From: Carcharhinus longimanus
Lineage: Eukaryota
Assembly (NCBI GenBank): GCA_030264375.1
Contig: JASCQW010000162.1
Coordinates: 111,963,290-112,027,289 of the forward strand
DNA length: 64,000 bases
Direction of reading: 5' to 3'
Positions within the stretch are counted from its first letter, which is position 1. Each line of letters opens with the position of its first letter. Shown in pieces: positions 38,850-51,900 of the stretch. The translations under genes were made by a program, and so were the position numbers. Under the pieces are notes generated by a model. That model was not told the DNA's origin, ran no database searches, and saw only the letters and a list, made by a program, of their open reading frames with translations.

Positions 38850-39225
38850 AAAGTTGAAGAAATTGGGGACCTTCTCTTTAGCAAAGGGAAGACTCGGGAA
38901 TGACCTGTCTTCAAGATCATGAAAGGATTTGAAAGGGGAGGAGATATTTCACTTTCTACTCCAGACCCGAAGTGAAAGTACTTAATTGAGTAGAGAATTG
39001 GAGAAACTTCCTTCCCTGGAGAGCAGTGAGGATGTGGAATTCGGTACCGCAAAGACAGGCTCAGGGAAATCGCATAGAGGCAGTTAAGGGGAAGCTAATA
39101 AATACACAAGGGAGAAAGGGATATTTGTGAGATTAGATGTACAGGTGAAAAGGGGTGAGAGGAACTTCGTGTGGTGAATAAATACTACCAGGGCCTTGTT
39201 GAGCCGAGTGGCGGGTTTCTGTACT
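38850..39225 (+). mobile_element. CR1-type LINE 3' end fragment
   Basis: GTCTTCAAGATCATGAAAGGATTTGA ... GTGAGGATGTGGAATTC ... GCCGAGTGGCGGGTTTCTGT. Confidence 0.6.
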
Positions 39226-39231
39226 TCTTTA

Positions 39232-39580
39232 CATTCTTTTGATTCATTCGTGGGACATGGGTGTCACTGGCTGGCCAGCATTTATTGTCCATCCCTAATT
39301 GCCCTTGAACTGAATGGCTTGCGAGGCCATTTCAGGGGCAGTTAGGAGTCAACCACATTGCTGTGGCTCTAGTTTCACATGTAGGTCAGATCAAGGACAG
39401 TAAGTGAAACAGATGGGTTTTTCTGACAATCGACATTGGATTCATCGTCATCGTTTTATTCTTGATGCATTCAAACTCCACCATCTGTCAAGGCGAGATT
39501 CTAGTGCGGATCCCCAGAGCATTGGCTAAGTTTCTGGATTAATGGGAGAGCGCCAATGCCGCTAGAACATTACCTCCCCC
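39232..39580 (-). mobile_element. SINE family B (reverse)
   Basis: GGCTGGCCAGCATTTATTGTCCATCCCTAATTGCCC ... GAGTCAACCACATTGCTGTGG. Confidence 0.75.
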
Positions 39581-40107
39581 TGTTTGATGTTCTATAATTT
39601 TGGAAAATCATTCGCCCATAGAGCCGCGACTTTCTTTTTGAGGGGTAACAGTCCCACTCAGACAATACATCCCAAATTCAATCTGAGCAATAACAATTCC
39701 TTTGGTGACAATGCCATGATGTCATTGTGAATAAAACAGTTCTTATTGTTTGTAACGATTTGTAGCTACATCCCAGAATAGTTTGAACTTCATCCTCAAT
39801 TTATACTTGGCATTGGGGTGTTTATATAGTGGTTTCAGATCAGCAGTAATGCATCAGAAGTTAACAGATGTTAGAATGTACATAGAAGCAGAGAAAATAG
39901 AAAGAGGAGCAGGCCATTCGGCCCTTCGAGCCTGTGCGGACATTCATTTTGATGACGGCTGATCATCAAATTCAATAACAGTGGGGTCTGGAGATGCTGT
40001 TGAATCTGCCACCAACCCTGTTTACACATTTTCTTGAGTATTACTGTATGGCGAAAGGGAGTGCAGTCCCAAAAATGTTAAATGTAGTTACTCAAGTGTT
40101 TTTTTTT

Positions 40108-40212
40108 AAACAAAGAACAGAAAATGCTGGAAAATCTCAGCAGGTCTGACAGCATCTGTGGAGAAAGAATAGAGCCAACATTTCGAGCCTGGATGACCCT
40201 TGGTCAGACTCC
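40108..40212 (-). mobile_element. Penelope-type pLTR fragment with a hammerhead-like motif
   Basis: Minus strand reads CTGACCA-A-GGGTC-ATCCA-GGCTC-GAAA-TGTT. Confidence 0.6.
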
Positions 40213-43200
40213 AACATCCGCATTATTTTGCCTTTTTCTGGATTAAAAAAAGTATTTGATCTTCTGGACAATTGTAAATTAATTGCGGGTATAATTAAAA
40301 TATAATCTGCTGGGAGGGACACTGTGTGCACACGTGTAGCCATGCAGGCTCAGAGTTCTCCTGGTAGGAGAAATGGCGTCCCAGTCAGGCAGGAACGATC
40401 TGTAAACACGATGAAGTCTGGCTGGACCTTATACTACTGACAGTGGTTTGAGACCAGTAACTGGAGCATAAGTGCATTGGCCACCAGAGATAAAATTATT
40501 GGGACTATAGAATAGTCCCCATTCGCCCTATGAAACTCGTTGAGCTGCGCATCATCTGGTCTTTAATCGGATTTTCTAAGGTAGGACATTTAAACACAGG
40601 CAAAACATTCAATGGGCCAAGGCTGCGATTTTCCTCCGTTCAAATTGAATGCATTCGAATATTGCACCATGGTGTTCCGAAATCCACTAAACATCCAGAT
40701 CATGGTTTATCCTTCCACTGATAATTCAATTTCGACAACCTAATGAATAAACTCATTTTAGAAACAGATTATTGGTTTACACCGGCATGGATGAAATTCA
40801 TCTCATACCCCTGGCGCTGATATGCTGGGGAGGCAAATCACCAGCCTGATTTCCGGAGTTGTATAAACCCTTTGTCCCGCCGGCCGGAGCAGTGTCATTC
40901 AGTCAAGTGGCAGTGCAACTCAAGAAATTATTCTGCATCCACGCAGTATCAAAGCATAGCTGCAGCTGTTGAAAAAAGAAATACACGGTTGTCATTGAGA
41001 AGGCTGAATTGATTTTATAAGAGAATGGATTATGCCTTTATTTGTAAAAAAATGGGAATGTCAACCTGGTATTTAATAACGATTGCTTGGTGTATTGGGG
41101 GCAAATAACTTGAAGTGCTAATATATTTGTGATAACCACATTATAAGTAAGCAAGAAAACGCGAGGCATTGCTAAGTTGGCAAAAAAAAACACAATAAAA
41201 TCTACTAATATTAACTCAGAGGCAAGTAATTGAAGGTCCAGTTAAAATTGGCTTTATACAGTAAATGTATCTTATCTATAAAGAAGTTCCGATACACTTA
41301 TTGGGTAATACCATTTAAAAAAAATAAATGCGACGACTTATTTGCATTGGAAATAATTTTTCTAAATCATTTTCTCAATCATTATTTAATGAAGCTTGGC
41401 AATTCTAATCATGTCTAAGTGTCATGGTAGCCAATGTGACAGCGTAAAGTGTCAAAAGCATTTTCCAAATATGAAGTGAAGCCTATCACATGGGATCAAT
41501 GTATCCGGTGTGACACAAATAGTTCACTTGGGAATATTATGATTTGTTTCTGATTGGCATGTAGAGTACGCCATTTTAATTTTTTTTTGAAATTTTAATT
41601 TAGGCAGACAGCCAAATGTGTTTCTGCAGATGTAACTTGCGCCTGTCATCAACCAGTATAAACATTAGGAAATAACACCATCAATTGGAAGGATCTTAAT
41701 ACACAGTATTCCTGCATATAACTCAAAGGGACTTATTATTTTATCGCTGTTTTGTTATCGAACATTAACTATTTCCCATTGCCCCGAAAGCTTGCATCGA
41801 TTTCTCTCCAAAGCGAAAGCAATGTAAATATTTCATTTCGCAAACAGTAATTTGATTCAACCGCTTTACTTTAGATCAATTACGTTATTGCAACGCCATT
41901 TTCAATAAAACATGTTACCGCTCCCAGTAAACTAATACACGGCTCGGCCCTGTGGGTGTAAAATAAACATAGTTTGGGATACTGTGGAAATTCGGGCATC
42001 CTGGAATTGGTTCAACTGTCCATATTTGTGGAGTTCTGCTCCTTTTTTTGTGTGTGTGTTTATCTTTAGGCTTCCCATCGCAAATAGATCCACAGTAAAA
42101 TTCAGACGTGGGGTCCACGATCGAGCACTGTATAGGTTAAAAAACAAGCAACGGGATTTCATATCACTGCTATATAAAACACAAGAACATAACTGCTGCC
42201 GGAAGAATGTTGTGGTCAGCAAACGGAACATTTCACAAATAATGCATTGCTAGTAATGTTCTTTTCAGAAAAGCTGGCAGGGCTGACAGTGGATCATTGT
42301 TCAGCTAGCATCACCGCCCCCCGCTCCGTGCATTCGCACGTTTTATTTTCCATTGTCTGAAATTCAGATTTCTCAAGCAAGAGATTCAAGTTCCACTAGA
42401 TAAGTTTACAATACAATATAACATGTATACGATACAATATATGCTATACAACATAATATTTTATACATATATAATGTCAATGTGTTTGCAGCATAATCTC
42501 AACTCTGATCGCTTCGCTGTCCTAGTCAAGTGGACACTGCCGCACCCCCCCCCCCCGCCCCTCTCCCCTCCCAAGATTACAGGTCTTTTTTTGGGGGGGG
42601 GGGAGTGGAAAGTTACAGGTATTTCTAATGCTTTTTGTATAGAATGAATTTACCACTTCCATTCTTTGATAGAAACAATGTCTAAGATGTCAGACACTTC
42701 CACGCATGTAAAATAATATTAGTTATCTAACAACAAAAGATTACTTGCATTTTCTACTAATTAATATTAATAATTAATACACTTAAGGCATGTTCGTTTT
42801 AATCTGCAGATTAATTGCCTATTGGTCCTCTTGAAAACGGACTACACATTCTGATCTGTTCCCTGTTAAAAGGCATTAATCAACTGTTAGTTAGCTGAGG
42901 TTATCCTTGAGGATTGACAATGGAGTTTCATTTGCGACGATATAAACTAGGCCAAAAAATGTATGGACCATTCGTTGAAACATACGTGAGAGATCATTCA
43001 AAAATAACTGGTACTTCCATCAGATCGACAAAACGTCACTTGAGCTGCTAGATACAATCAAGTGCTTCTGAGTTACATTAAGTTACTGTGATAAAACACA
43101 GGTACAGCCCCATAACAATTACTCTAAAATGACCACACTTCTGATGTAGGTGAGCTTTTTTATTGACCTTTTAAGGAATGTCCTTGCTCACTTTGAGTTC

Positions 43201-43867
43201 CTTTAACCCGCTAGCAGGATTTTTTTTAATAAATCGGTTAGATTTGCCCTCTCCATTTATTTTTAATTTCTTATTAGGTGCTTGTATGTTTTGCCACTAA
43301 CTCTTCAAGTAGAACTATTAGTTTTCTTGAGTATGCAAATAATAAAATTATGCAAAAGGTCATAACTTTTTGAAATGGCCTTTTGTGAAAGTTAATGCCG
43401 ATATCTTCATCATCGATATTAATAATTTTATGAAGGTGATCTTTACAAAGACTGGAAATGTTAACATTATGCAGTAGACGTGGTGTTTGTTTCCCTCAAT
43501 TCAATGTGAAATGAAGACCTTTCATTTTCAACAGCAGATTTTATTCTAAGAATCTATTTTACAATAAAGTACATTTACTCATAGNNNNNNNNNNNNNNNN
43601 NNNNNNNNNNNNNNNNNNNNNNNNNNNNNNNNNNNNNNNNNNNNNNNNNNNNNNNNNNNNNNNNNNNNNNNNNNNNNNNNNNNNTTTTACAATAAAGTAC
43701 ATTTACTCATGAAGGATCATTGCACAGCAATAGCCAATGATAGAAAATGCCGCTTGATTTTCACCTAAATTATTAGACAAAAAGTAGCTAAATTGGAACT
43801 CAGGATAGACACCAGCATATCATAAAGATTTTTCAGAATCTCTACATAATAGCATATTTGAAGTGAT

Positions 43868-44072
43868 CTGATTTATTATTGTCACAGGTATTGGGATACA
43901 TTGAAAAGCATTATTTCTTTCGCGCTATACATACCGTTCATAGGGAAGGAAAAGAGAGGGTGCAGAATGTAGTATTGCAGTCATAGCTAGGGTGTAGAGA
44001 AATATCAGCTTAACATGAGGTAGGTCCATTCAAAACTCTGATGGCAGCAGGGAAGAAGCTGTTCTTGAGTCG
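43868..44072 (-). mobile_element. Rex1-type LINE 3' tail (reverse)
   Basis: Reverse-complement similarity to 2780-3000 (GATTTATTATTGTCACAGGTATTGGGATAC; ATGGCAGCAGGGAAGAAGCTGTT). Confidence 0.7.
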
Positions 44073-45356
44073 ATTTCACACAACTGAATTATCGAGGGCT
44101 TTACTGAAAAGGCCTTTTTTATGAGTAGCACTTATTCCTCACGGGCAATAAAGCTTCTGATTGCTTAATTAAAAAAATAAACCTTAATAACCGTTAGTTT
44201 CTACACCGCATATAAATAATTTCAGAAAGCCGAATTTTACAAGTGTCCGCTTCTGTAGAACATTTAACAATGCCAAGCTACTAAGCTTTAATTTGGCAAG
44301 TGGGTGGTGGTAGTGGAATTTAGTGTGCAATTAGTAAATGGACTATTTCCTAAGGACTTGATACATCTGGAAACCAACTTCGCAGGCAAGAGTCTTCGAG
44401 AAGACACTTTCCTCCAAACAGCCGAACCTGATAGCGGGTGAATACTAACAGTACAGTGAAGAGCATCTGTTCTGAGCGTTATGTTTTCTTTTAGATTTGA
44501 AAGTGTACCTTAACGAATGAAAGCTGAACAGGTTTAAGATATTTCTTGTATTAGCTGCTGTATTTATCTTCATTATTCCCCCGGGAAAACTAGATTTTTT
44601 TTAAACTCTCTGTTCAACTATAAAACATACATACCCTTTATGTCTGTATTTCGAATAACGGTACAATTGTTTAAATACAGTGGGCCATTCAGAACCCTGT
44701 TACATTCAAATAATCTATAATAAATCAGACAAATTTATGATAATAAATCATATGTTTTGCTCATATTTCTCTCATTTTAGTTAATAATGTTAACAGAAAA
44801 TAACACGAATAACTAACATTAGACAAGCTGTTCTGTCCATTTGGAATGACTGCTAGAGAACTGCTTCTAATTCACAAATTTAATGAAATGAATGAATATG
44901 ATCCTCCTGATTTATTTTCAAAATGTTTAGCCCTTGTTATTCCTATTTACGGTTGAGAATATTTGATTGCTAGTTGTTAGTTCCCGTCTAAAATTTAAAT
45001 TTAAAAACAATTTAATTTGGTTACAAATGACCGCGCACTGAAGAAGAACATTTCGGCACTCCGGGCGTTTGTCTCTGAGGATGTGTGAAACTGGGTGCAC
45101 TGACTCAAATTTTTTTCCCAAAGAAGGAACACAGCCACCTATATGTACTGCTGCTAAATGCTCAGGGCGTCTGTTTCACACTCAAATGCGAATATTGGGT
45201 AAATGTTCTGCCTATTGTCCATGTGAACTATCGAGCCATCAAGGATATTGGAAACACTAAATCAGATGCTGCGGTGTTACAGGTGGGCACACCGTGAATA
45301 GAAAAAGAAACGTATATATAGCAAATAAAATTGTGCCTGACTGTTGAAGTAAGTAT

Positions 45357-45664
45357 GGGCAGCGCAGTGGCACAGTGGTTAGCACTGCTGCCTTACAGCG
45401 CCAGGGGCATGGGGTTCAATTCTGGCTTCGGGTCACAGTCTGCATGGAGATTGCACTATCTTCCCTTGTCTGCGTGGGGTTCCTCTGGATACTCCGGTGT
45501 CCTTCCAAAGATGTGCGGGTTGGGTTGATTGGACGTGCTGAATTGCCACTTTATGTCAGGGCGGTTGGCAGGGTGAATACGTGGGGTGACAGAGATAGGG
45601 CCTGGGTAGGAGGCGCGATGGGCAGAATGGCCTCCTTTTACACTGTAGTGATTCTATGATTCTG
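45357..45664 (+). mobile_element. HE1-like V-SINE
   Basis: GGGCAGCGCAGTGGCACAGTGGTTAGCACTGCTGCC ... ATGGCCTCCTTTTACACTGTAGTGATTCTATGATTCT. Confidence 0.85.
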
Positions 45665-46803
45665 AGTGATCGCATTACATAAACAAAAATGTTAGGTGTA
45701 AGGACAGAAAAACGGAAATATGATACAAGACAGAGTTGATATAAGATACAGCGAAGATAAAGAATTGATTCCATTCTTGTTGCCGTTGTAAAACAACAGC
45801 TATTAATTGCAATACCACTGACTCTTTGCGTCCTTGCTAAGCCTTCCGTGATCCAATGTGGAAGTCGGATTTGTCATTGCAGTCCAATCTTTAGCTGTTC
45901 AATTGATTAACCTGTAAATTCAGTGTTTGATCATTTCGCTCATTTAGTTGGTTACTTTTGCACAACCTTCTACAAATGAGTTGTGCCTTTCAACATTTTG
46001 GTAAAAAAATTAAGACAGGTCTAAAGTTTCTGGAGTAAGTGGCGCATTTTTTCACTTCCAAAGAATATTTTAGTTATGAATAACCAATTTTCTTTTTAAA
46101 AAAAACCTTTATCTTTCGGATATAACCAGTGCTGAAATTTCTAGTTTACAAAAATGCGCACCGACTGTCCTGATTCACAGTATTACCGTTAATAACTAAA
46201 CATCCGAACGTTTGAGATTCAGAAGGGGTTCGAGTCGTAAACCTGCTGAAGCCACTATCTCAAAGGAGACCATTGCCGTGTGTTTTACCAGTATCATAAA
46301 TGTGTGTTTTTAATTGTGTCCTGTAAGCATCTGCACGGGTTTCAGCAATGCTTCAGGTAATTGTGACTTAGATCAGGTAACGCCATAAGATTCCTCAAAG
46401 AATGTGGGAAGCCGGTTTCAGCAAACTAGTTGTGTTGCCATCAGTTATTTATCAGGTGCTATTTAGAAGGATGCAGCCAAATTAAAAATCGAATGAGTTT
46501 TCCCTGTAGTTAATATTTTAGGACCAGGAGGTGGAAGCAATGCTGTATCAGAGATGCGGGGGGAATGCGAAATGTACAACAGAATCTGAAGTGTGAAGAA
46601 GTATTCAAGAAATTTAAGTGGACTTTGAGGGGTTACCAAGTTATTCCGTGACTGCGCCACAATTGAAAATGTACGACAGACCCGTTTGACTTTAGATGGC
46701 TGGTATTTAAGTCCAGTTTGTCCTCCCATCCAGTAACCTTTTTAGGACTGAACGTCCACTGCTACCCTCGTGTTTACCAAATGGAAACCTGTAACACTAA
46801 AAA

Positions 46804-46940
46804 ATGCTTTGACGAAGGGTCATTTGGACTCGAAACGTCAGTTCTTTTCTCTGCTTACAGATGCTACCAGACCTGCTGAGATTTTCCAACGTTTTCTCTT
46901 TTGGTTTCGGATTCCAGCGTCTGCAATAGTTTGCTTTTAT
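46804..46940 (+). mobile_element. Penelope-type pLTR fragment with a hammerhead-like motif
   Basis: TTGACGA-A-GGGTC-ATTTG-GACTC-GAAA-CGTC, then ACAGATGCTACCAGACCTGCTGAGATTTTCC. Confidence 0.65.
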
Positions 46941-48459
46941 CCTGTAACCCTAGGATGGTGCTATTCTTGCCCAGCGTTTTAGATAAACGGACTGAGTGCC
47001 AAACTGGAGAGACCCTCATTCTTGGGCAGTGGAATGATAAACACAGCCAGCATATTAGCCCTTAAACCTCAAAGGATCCTCAACAACGTGGTGACAGTTC
47101 TCACAATAATGTTAAGGAGCTGGGAAGAAAGCGAAGCCCCATAATATCCTCAAGACATAGTCCTTTCGAACTTATAACGCTTTCACTGGTTTCGAGAGAA
47201 AATAATCCATTTAGCATGACGTTATTAATTCGAACCAGCTCACTCAGAAAAAAAAGTTAGATCTGCATTGTCAATGATTATCCAATGTTGGATCATATTA
47301 TCTTGGGATGTCACTGTTATCACTGTTAGCTAAAAATACATGGCAGGCAGCCGTGGTACTGATTTGCAGTTGGCAGCACACATACAAGACACTCCCAAAT
47401 CATTTAAACAAGCTCTGCTTTATTGTCGTGGACAGCCAAAATCTTTAAAGGTCGTCTTGGTGCCCATTAGAATAATAAATTCAAGCAATATCGAACTGAA
47501 CAAGTGCGTGATAGCATTCTCCAAATGATTCACACCCCACACTCTTCCAGTGTCAGCTACCACCTGACCTCACTGATCTCTTGTCTCTGTTCCCTGTGGA
47601 AACCGACATGTAGTGGAAGTGTAATGAATTCCACATGGCTGCAATGTTGGCGTGCTTTTTTGTACATTTCTGAAATAGAATCCACAACTCTACACTTTCC
47701 TGCATAAATATATCAGCTTAGTGAGCCTAAATACTGTATAACAGTTTTAGTAATCACGCAGATGACTTTCTCCCATTAGAATTCAAGTTTCCATTACTTC
47801 TTGACGTCCACATTACCTATTCATTCCATGACACTAATTTGTCACCTAAATAACTCAAAACGCTTTTAGAGTTTTACTGAAGTTAACTTTGGGTTGGTTT
47901 GAAATGAGTACTGAAAGAATAGCAAAGAGCACTACGTATCTGGTTGGAAATAGTTTATTGCCATTTCAACATACTGGTCAAACAAATGGAATCATATAGC
48001 TATTTTGCTTAAGAATTGCTCGATATTACTGGACATTCCATGGAATGATTTATGGTTGATAGTTAACTTATATGGCAAAACGTCACTTTGGAAGTCAGCT
48101 ATTCAAATACAGAATGCATCAATAGAATAAAATATCTCTTTAAAAATGAAGAACAAATTGCTTAATTGGTTTAAAGTCTGTATATCTTTTATATGTGCAG
48201 ACTCCAGAAGTTCCTATCAGTTATAGTGGAATAATGATGATAAACACTGACCGTTTCACTGTTATTACCACCATAAAATCCATGTCTATGCCTTTACTAA
48301 CCTTTTGTTCCCTAGTCATTAACTATTCATAGAATGTTAGTGCATTTTGAAAAGCAGCAGGATACATCCTTGTACCTCATTCAGGATATTGTGTATTCTT
48401 TGAAGATTTTGTTCATTCTGAGGTTGGCAGTATTGTAAAACTCCTAGTGGAAAGATAAT

Positions 48460-48965
48460 GCATTTTCAATCCTATCCCTGAGGTTTGGGCACATAATCCA
48501 AGATAACACTTGATTTCAGTACTGAGAGAATGCTGTACTGTCAGAGGTGCACCTGAGGAAGGAATAGCATTCCGAAAGTTCGTGATTCCAAATAAACCTG
48601 CTGGGCTTTAACCTGGTGTTGTGAGACTTCTTGTTGTCAAAGGTGCATTTTGGATCAGACATTGAACTGTCCTTCAGGTGAGTGCAAAAGGTGAGATAAT
48701 ACTTTTTGAGGAAGAGTAGAAGAATTCTTCCAAACTCTTTGCCAACAATTATCCTTCACCCAACATTGCAATAACAGATAATCTGCTCTTTTATCTCATT
48801 GAAGTTTGTGGGACATTGCTGTGTATAAATTAGCTGTAACGATGCATTCTCTACAACAGTAACAGCATTTCAAAAGTACTTCAGTGGCTTGGAAGCACTT
48901 TACAACATCATTAGGATAAAAATAGGACTGTACAATGGTACAACTGAAAGCACTTTCTTTCTTGT
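48460..48965 (+). mobile_element. Deu-domain SINE (SacSINE1/AmnSINE1-like), old, with a nested Penelope-derived insert
   Basis: Recognisable Deu blocks CAGTACTGAGAGAATGCTGTACTGTCAGAGGTGC, TTTGTGGGACATTGCTGTGTATAAATTAGCTG and TTCAAAAGTACTTCAGTGGCT, with a (CTTT)n tail. Confidence 0.7.
48552..48634 (+). mobile_element. Short Penelope-derived insert carrying a minimal hammerhead ribozyme motif
   Basis: CTGAGGA-A-GGAAT-AGC-ATTCC-GAAA. Flanking direct repeats TGTCAGAGGTGCA (48539-48551) and TGTCAAAGGTGCA (48635-48647). Confidence 0.7.
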
Positions 48966-51900
48966 CCTTATTTGTCTCTGAGGATCTATTCAAATGCAGT
49001 ATTGTTAGAAAAGTGGGAGAATGTCAGAGTTAGCAATGTTGTCTCAAAATAAGTTCTTAAGGAATGTGCTAAACTACAGAAATTTGTTGCCAGTGATATC
49101 TCAACATAATTTCTCAAAAGCCACTTTTGCATTGGCATTTGTTTAATTCAGGATCTGGGAGATCAACACTGGGGAGCCTGTTCTTAGAATGTATATTACT
49201 AAATCAAACGAGACACATCATCCAGTTTCTCCAGGATCAATGCTTCTGCTGCTAGGATAACACAGTTGGATTTACTTGTATAAACTCAAGGACTAATCAC
49301 ATCAGTCCTTTGGAATTCAAAGTGAGTGCCAATATACAAGCCATTCAAGCCCCACTATCTGTCAGAGCCAATTTAATGTGGTGATTGTGCAGGATAGATA
49401 TAGTCATCTGCACAAGAAGCCTGTCACTATGGAATGAGTAAACAAGAACAAAAATGATTGGTTTTGTTTTCCCAATGGAAAACCGCAGCTACTTTCTCCA
49501 GCATCTCATCAGCACATTTTAACTGGCCTTTGCATTTTGAATGTTGCATTTCAAGCCTGTTTAGAAAATTAATATTGTAGAGAATGTCAAATTTCAATAC
49601 AAGCTTGTGAATACAAATTGCTCAATTTTTTAACGCAATGATTTTCATTCTCATTTGGGCAGAGAAAAGGCAAAGGTGCAGAAAAGGTAAACAAAACAAA
49701 TTCATTTCAGATTATCTCCCTGTTCGCTATCAACTTAATACCTGCTATTGCCATTACCGTTGTCAAATAACAACTTGAAAACGGATCCTCAGGAGAGCCT
49801 CAGGAATGGAATTTCCATGAATAATCATTGACTAGGAGACAAGAGGCCGGTAAAGGCAGAGGCCTGGATTTTGTGGTGGTAATGACAGTGAAATTGTCAG
49901 TGTTCCCCATCATAACTCCACTGAAACCTCTGGAGTCTGCACATGTAAAGAAGAACACAGGAATCCAGAAGTTTCTGACAATGATTCTACTTTTTTCCAG
50001 AGGGTGCACTCTTGAGTTTGCTCCCAACCTACACATAATAGGAAATCCATAAATTGATGGGAACTTCTATCTTTGGTACATTTGCTGCAAAAACACTCGA
50101 AAAGGTGGTTTTTAATGGTGTATTAACTTCAAAATTATCACTGAACATTCTCATTGATCATGTAACATTAATTTTATATTTGTTGAATGTAAAATTTCTT
50201 CATACTGATAAAAATTTCCACACATTTTAAAACAATTTTAAAGTAGTTTGTGTCTCTTTAATTTAGCTCTTACTTTAATCCAATTTTTATCATTTATTTT
50301 GCTATCTGAAAATTTAAATTTAAAGTGAAATATTTTTAGTGCTTTTGATTTCCTGGTCTGCTGCCTGTATGAATACTTCATTGTGATTGTTTGCTTACCT
50401 GGTTGCTGACATTACTGCTGCTACACATCAAGAGATCTCTTTGACTTGATTCCAGATTTAAAGTGCCATCAGGAAAGGGGAAAACCACACCACAGAGTTG
50501 GCTTGATTGAGGTGGGCAGCTTCCTTCTGTGTTGGCAGTGAGCGCTATTACTTCGCAGCAGCTAGTTCATAGTTTGTTGCATCTTCACTTGCAAATTGCT
50601 GAGCCAGTAAACAAAGGTCTGTTCTCAAATAAGATAAAATCTAAACAACATTTGAATGAAATGGATTAAAAATTACCTGAATTACAATCAAATCATCACA
50701 AACATTTATTTGCAGATAGTATTTGAAATCTGAAATATTTTAAACATTGAAATCTCCATATTTGGGAAAGATTGTCTGTAAGTCTGCTGAATTCATAAGT
50801 TACAAATGACATGCAGACCTCCAATTCTCTTTGCTTTGCAGCACTAGCAAATTCTAAGTTGAAGTAAGACACTGTGATAGTTATTTCTCTGGTAATATCA
50901 TTGAGAAATATTGAGGAAATAGATAATTAGTCTTCTGAAAGTATATTTTTCCAGTATTTAAAATATGCTTCCCTTTCCACTTTGTTCACCATCTTTTATA
51001 AGATGAGCTTGTTTGTCTCTAAAGCTTTAAATTCATGTTTAATTTTCCATATATTATATGCTCTTGTGAGAGTAATCTGCAGAGACTTTTCCTCTCTATG
51101 GCTCTCAAATCAATATCTTACCTAATATTACAGTTGAGACTGAAGGACAGAAAACTGTTTTGAGAACCATGTTGTGTCAGGCAATGCATGTCACCCAATC
51201 CATTTTTCACAGAATGTCAGCAAAGTTAATTTGCCACAAATTTTAATAAATGAGTTATAAAATAACAGAACACTGTTGTCTTTATTGTGTCCTTGGAATT
51301 AAAGCAAACGTGCTTTGTTAACTTTTGAGTGGACGCATAAATAGTACTGTAGTTCTCAAAGTCTTCCCTCAAATAATCAGATATGATTGAATAAAGACAT
51401 TTGACACAGTGCCAGTTTATTTTCTCTGATGTTAAAGTTACCCTGTAACCATTTAACTCTTTCCCCAGAGATGACAGAGAGGTCTGGAATGTGCAATTCA
51501 CCATTTTTGGGTTAGATGTTGCTGACATCGGGCTAAATGTTCATCTTCAGTGTAGCCAGCACTCAGCTTTGTGCACATGAAGCGCATTTGAGAATTCCAG
51601 ATGCATACACCCAATGTTTTTCTACTCATTAAATGTAGAGGTGGGGTGGGGGTGATTGTGGGTTGGGGGTGTTACTGTTGGGAGCAGCCACTCATGATGG
51701 CATATGAATGGATTCCTGATATGCATTCTCAGTGAACAAAGGAGTGCTGATGAAGAGCACATACCATTATAAACCTAGTGAGAAGATTAAGTCTGATTAC
51801 TACTCCTAGAAAAGTCATTGAAAGTATTCTGTTCAAGCATGCTTGTGATTTTACTGGAATCAGTGATCAGAGGAAATCTTATAATTTCAATGTCGCTGGC

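Noticed and set aside
45357-45430. tRNA-like A/B boxes
   Set aside because: SINE heads continuing into the V-domain, with no complete cloverleaf.
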